A DNA stretch of 64,000 nt, from positions 9,736,001 to 9,800,000 of the forward strand of contig CM075990.1 of the NCBI GenBank assembly GCA_038087875.1. Direction: 5' to 3'. How positions within the stretch are numbered: the stretch's first letter is position 1; each line of letters starts with the position of its first letter. The notes beneath the pieces were generated by a model. That model saw nothing but the letters and a program-made list of their open reading frames with translations, was not told the origin of the DNA and ran no database searches. This document shows positions 60,216 to 64,000 of the stretch, piece after piece. This stretch comes from Malacoraja senta. Taxonomy: Eukaryota. The position numbers were made by a program, and so were the translations under genes.

Positions 60216-62944
60216 AAGCAAAGCCACTAATGGTGGATTATCAAAGAATGGACTGGACACCAATTAGAGGGTCAATTAACCTGATAAAGTTGTGGAAATC
60301 TTAAACATAGCCCCTCGAAGGATATAAAATCAAGGAAGAAGGATATCATAAGAAGGAGACACCAAGAGACTGCAGATGCTAGAATCTTGAGCAAAAAACA
60401 GTGTGCTGGTGGAATTCAGTAGGCTAGGCAGCATCTGAGAAAGGAAATGGACAGATGACATTTCAGGTCTGGTCCCTTTTGATGGAGTAGGGCGAAAAAT
60501 ATGGAAAAGAGAGGCAGGGGTGGGGCAAAGCCTGGCAAATGATAGATTAATACAGGCGAGGGGTGAGTGATTGGCAGGGGTGTAGATACTGATAAAGGCA
60601 GGAGGTGAGGAGAAAAAAGCAGTCCGATAAGAAGAAGAGTGAAATGTAAAGCCAGAGGGAAGAGAATCCAGGTGGAACGGGCACAGGAGAGGAGGGATAT
60701 GTTTAAAACAAAACTTTGTCTTACTAGTAGCCAATGTATTTCAGTAGATACGGTGGGCATGGAGCAAAAGAGGATAATGTGAGACAGACTTTTAGATGAG
60801 TTTAAATCTATGGAGGTGGATAAAGGGCTCAGCCAATAATGTACTAGAAAGGTTTATTCCAGAGTAGGAGGAAAAAGGTGGAGATTTCAGCAGCAGAACC
60901 GAGACAGGAATGGGCAGTTAACATTACAAGGGCAAAAAAGGGTAGACATTGTGGTGGAGGCTAGAGGTTCAAAATACCTGAAACCAGTTTGCAGATTTTA
61001 TTCAAAACAAGGTTACCAAGGTGAAACATTCCACGTGCGACTTGAAGAACTGTCTTAGACGCGAGTTTTGATTTCTTTATCTTTATTGCCAGAGTAGGAA
61101 CAGATTCAATGTTTAATTTGCCTGATGTTAATTGATGAGTAACATTCACCTTGCAATATTAATGTGACAAAGAGTCTGGCAGGTTCCAAAAAGTTGATTA
61201 GCGAGTAAAATGGTTGAGTATGTACTTAATACAATAGTGTCTTGAATTGATTGCAAAGATTGATCTTAATGAAAACTCACATATAAATCAAGTACTAATG
61301 ATTCATCAGTAGAATAATACAACTTCAGAGACATAGTGAATGGAGTGAACTTCCCAGTCATGAAAAACCCACGATCTGCAGCTGGAGTTACATTGAATTA
61401 AAATATCATTAGCTCAATATCATTTTATTTGAGTTCTCTGGTGGTTGATGAAAGAAGACATCCTCACTCAGTTAATAATGTTCAAGAAATAATTACTGTG
61501 AGTTCATTGATTAAAAATCAATTCTTCATTCACTGGATAAAGAAGGTGTGCAATGTGATGAAGACAAAGTAATAGCTGGTTACTGGATAAGTTGATTAAC
61601 AAATAAAAATGCAGACATAGGAAACTGAAGTAAAAACAGACGATGCAGAATAGCATCAATAAAGAAAACACATTAAAAACAGGAGACCATCTGGTCATAC
61701 CTCGCCTTCGTTATTTCCTGATTCTGTACCTCGTATCCGCTATGCTCCAAAATCCCACAGCCTTAGACTCCCAAAGCGTCCAAAAATTTCCATCCCCAGT
61801 CTTGAATAGTTTCATTTCAGTCCTGAATTTCAAAGAGTCAAACCTATTTTTAAAATTACGGCTATATGTTGTACAATATGCCCCTTTGCTTTGTCCTCTT
61901 ACTTGAGGTTATGCAACAGTGAATCATCTAATTTATTCTGAACATAGCTATGGATGATTTACATGGAGTTACATGAAATTGATAGATGAAGAACAGGATA
62001 TTTGACCCAAAGTTCATGCTCTATACATAAGCCTCCACCTGACACTCTTCACTGTGTCCTTTCTATAGACCTTCTATTTTTTTTCTTCTTAATCATTTTG
62101 CCAAGAATGCAACTGTGTTATTTGCCAGAACCATTCTCTGTGGTCATGGATTCCACATTTTTCCCACATATTTGGGTGATACAGACAAGAACAGATTAAA
62201 TCAGCAGACCACAGCTGGGTAACGTCATGGCATTCACTGTCTGAACTCCTCCTTGAATAATGGGCCCTTTAAGTGATGAGCTATATACCACCAAGGAGTC
62301 AAGTACTACTTTATTTAAACAATTATATTTAAAGCTTAAGGACTCCTGCCAAATTGTTATTTTGCCTTTGGAAGTGAATGTCTCAAATGAATATTATGTA
62401 AGAAGAATTTTGAAATGGATCAAAGGAACATTTTCGCTCTGTGGTTTGATTGTGATTTGACCTTGCATCAAGACACAAAAACTTCCTGTAGCTTTGATCA
62501 CAGAATAGTCAGAATCATGACAGAAGCTCTTTCAAACCAGACACAGAATGTGGTTTGTGACTGTGCCAAATGGAAGCTAAACTCAGCCAGCATATCGGGT
62601 GAGAAGCTGAGTCATCAGAATAGAATCAACATTTAATTGCTAATGATGTACTTAAAAGAGTTGAATTTTTCATCCTAGCGTTGTCAGGTAATACCAATAA
62701 AAAACAAAAATGTGATTTAGTGTCAGGAATGACTTTGATACAGTTGTTGAAGTTATATATTCCAACTCTGAGTTTTGGCTAAGTACAAATTAATTCAAAA
62801 CGGGTTAGAACTAGAGAAGCATTATAAACTTCAGCTCCCAACTTGACAGTGCCAATGCAGTCAGAGCAATTTAAACAAATTCTCCTAAAATTACAGTTTG
62901 TAACACAAATTTAAATAGATTAACATCTTGTAAAAGTGGGGAGG

Positions 62945-63070
62945 GAGATTGCAACCTACATGTGGTCCACCCTGTTTCGACTAATGCAATCAACCCGACG
63001 TGCACAAAGAAATAGATCAAATAGAACAAGTTGCCCCACAACTTTAGGCTGTGCACGCCTTCGCAAGAAG
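62945..63070 (-). repeat. Unclassified interspersed repeat, copy 2
   Basis: Reverse complement matches 34701-34815. Confidence 0.75.
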
Positions 63071-63659
63071 ATCTTGTAAAAGTGCAGACGCAGACTATAA
63101 GAGGAAACACAAACTTTGCACATTATTATTCAAAATCTTTTATAAGCTATAACTAAGTTTATCACAGTTGTAGAAATATATGTGTATATAGTTTAAATAT
63201 ATTTTTATTAATAAATCAGTCCCAAATAAATCATTGTTAAGCCTCCTAGGTTTCAGTTACTCAAGCACTTTGTGTCGTTTTCTGTAAACCAGTATCAGCA
63301 GTTCCTTGTTTCCACACTGAGAAGCACAGGTACAAAATGTACTCTAGTTGGGAGAGATTTCCAAGCTCATCTCCAATTGTAACCCAGTAACAGCACCGAT
63401 TACAAGCTGAAAGCCGGGGATGCCACATTTTACTTAAAGCTCAGCAGAAGATGAGGAGTGTATGGTCGAAAAACCTGAAAACTAGAAATCAGAATAAAAA
63501 CTTGAAAAGGATGAAAATACTCAACTGAAATTCTGTAAATGAAATGACAGGAGTAGGCAGAAACAGTGGGTCTGCCAGGGCAGTTCTGTTTATGGTTTTT
63601 GAAAAGGTATTTCAGTGGGACAGGGAAGGGTCTCGACCCGAAACATCATCCATTAGGTT

Positions 63660-63890
63660 GTGTGATAGGAGCAGAATTAGGCCAATCAGCCCATCAAGTC
63701 TACTCCGCCATTCAATCATGGCTGATCTATCTCTTCCTCCTAACCCCATTCTCCTGCCTTCATCCCATAGCCCTTGACACCCGTAATCAATAATCTATCT
63801 ATCTCTGCCTTAAAAATATCCATTGACTTGGCCTCCACAACCTTCTGTGGCAAAGAATTCCACAAATTCACCACCCTCTGACTAAAGAAA
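63660..63890 (-). mobile_element. CR1 3' fragment
   Basis: gataggagcagaattaggcc...tctactccgccattcaatcatggctgatcta...gaattccacaaattcaccaccctctg. Confidence 0.75.
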
Positions 63891-64000
63891 TTCAGTTCAA
63901 TTTAGTTTATTGCCACGTGAAACGCTTTTTATTGCGTGCTAACCAGTCAGTGGAAAGACAATACATCAGTCCATTTACAGTGCACAGAGAAGGGAATCCT

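Noticed and set aside
56900..63250. Repeat-poor AT-rich stretches that might be the 3' UTR of a convergent minus-strand gene
   Set aside because: No coding exon or recognisable peptide found in the window to support it
1..64000. CRISPR arrays, rRNA or genuine tRNA genes, prokaryotic operons
   Set aside because: None seen; the sequence is intron-rich vertebrate DNA, and the tRNA-like boxes belong to SINE heads

Overview
Eukaryotic (vertebrate) genomic DNA. The repeat content (CR1, Penelope-like, Rex1/Babar, L1/Tx1, RTE, tRNA-derived SINEs) suggests a cartilaginous fish such as a skate or ray, which is an inference. The + strand carries the 3' 18 coding exons of USP54 (2091-48177, all GT-AG, phases consistent, 5025 nt = 1674 aa + stop). 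The first exons, including the catalytic Cys, lie upstream of the window, and the 3' UTR probably runs to a poly(A) signal at 50167. The introns and downstream DNA hold a near-full-length young CR1 LINE (~9250-13535), many Penelope-like fragments, a nested PIF/Harbinger-type foldback element, a probable hAT-like element and a 200-N assembly gap. Most interesting signals: (1) an in-phase U_UUA_AAC -1 frameshift heptamer plus a G-rich tract linking CR1 ORF1 to ORF2; (2) a C-terminal Cx2Cx11Cx2C zinc-finger-like motif on USP54; (3) repeated minimal hammerhead-ribozyme-like motifs and fold-back structures in Penelope-derived repeats; (4) a duplicated splice acceptor that would create a poison isoform, and a candidate unannotated cassette exon; (5) a twin-priming-type 5' inversion in a Penelope element.
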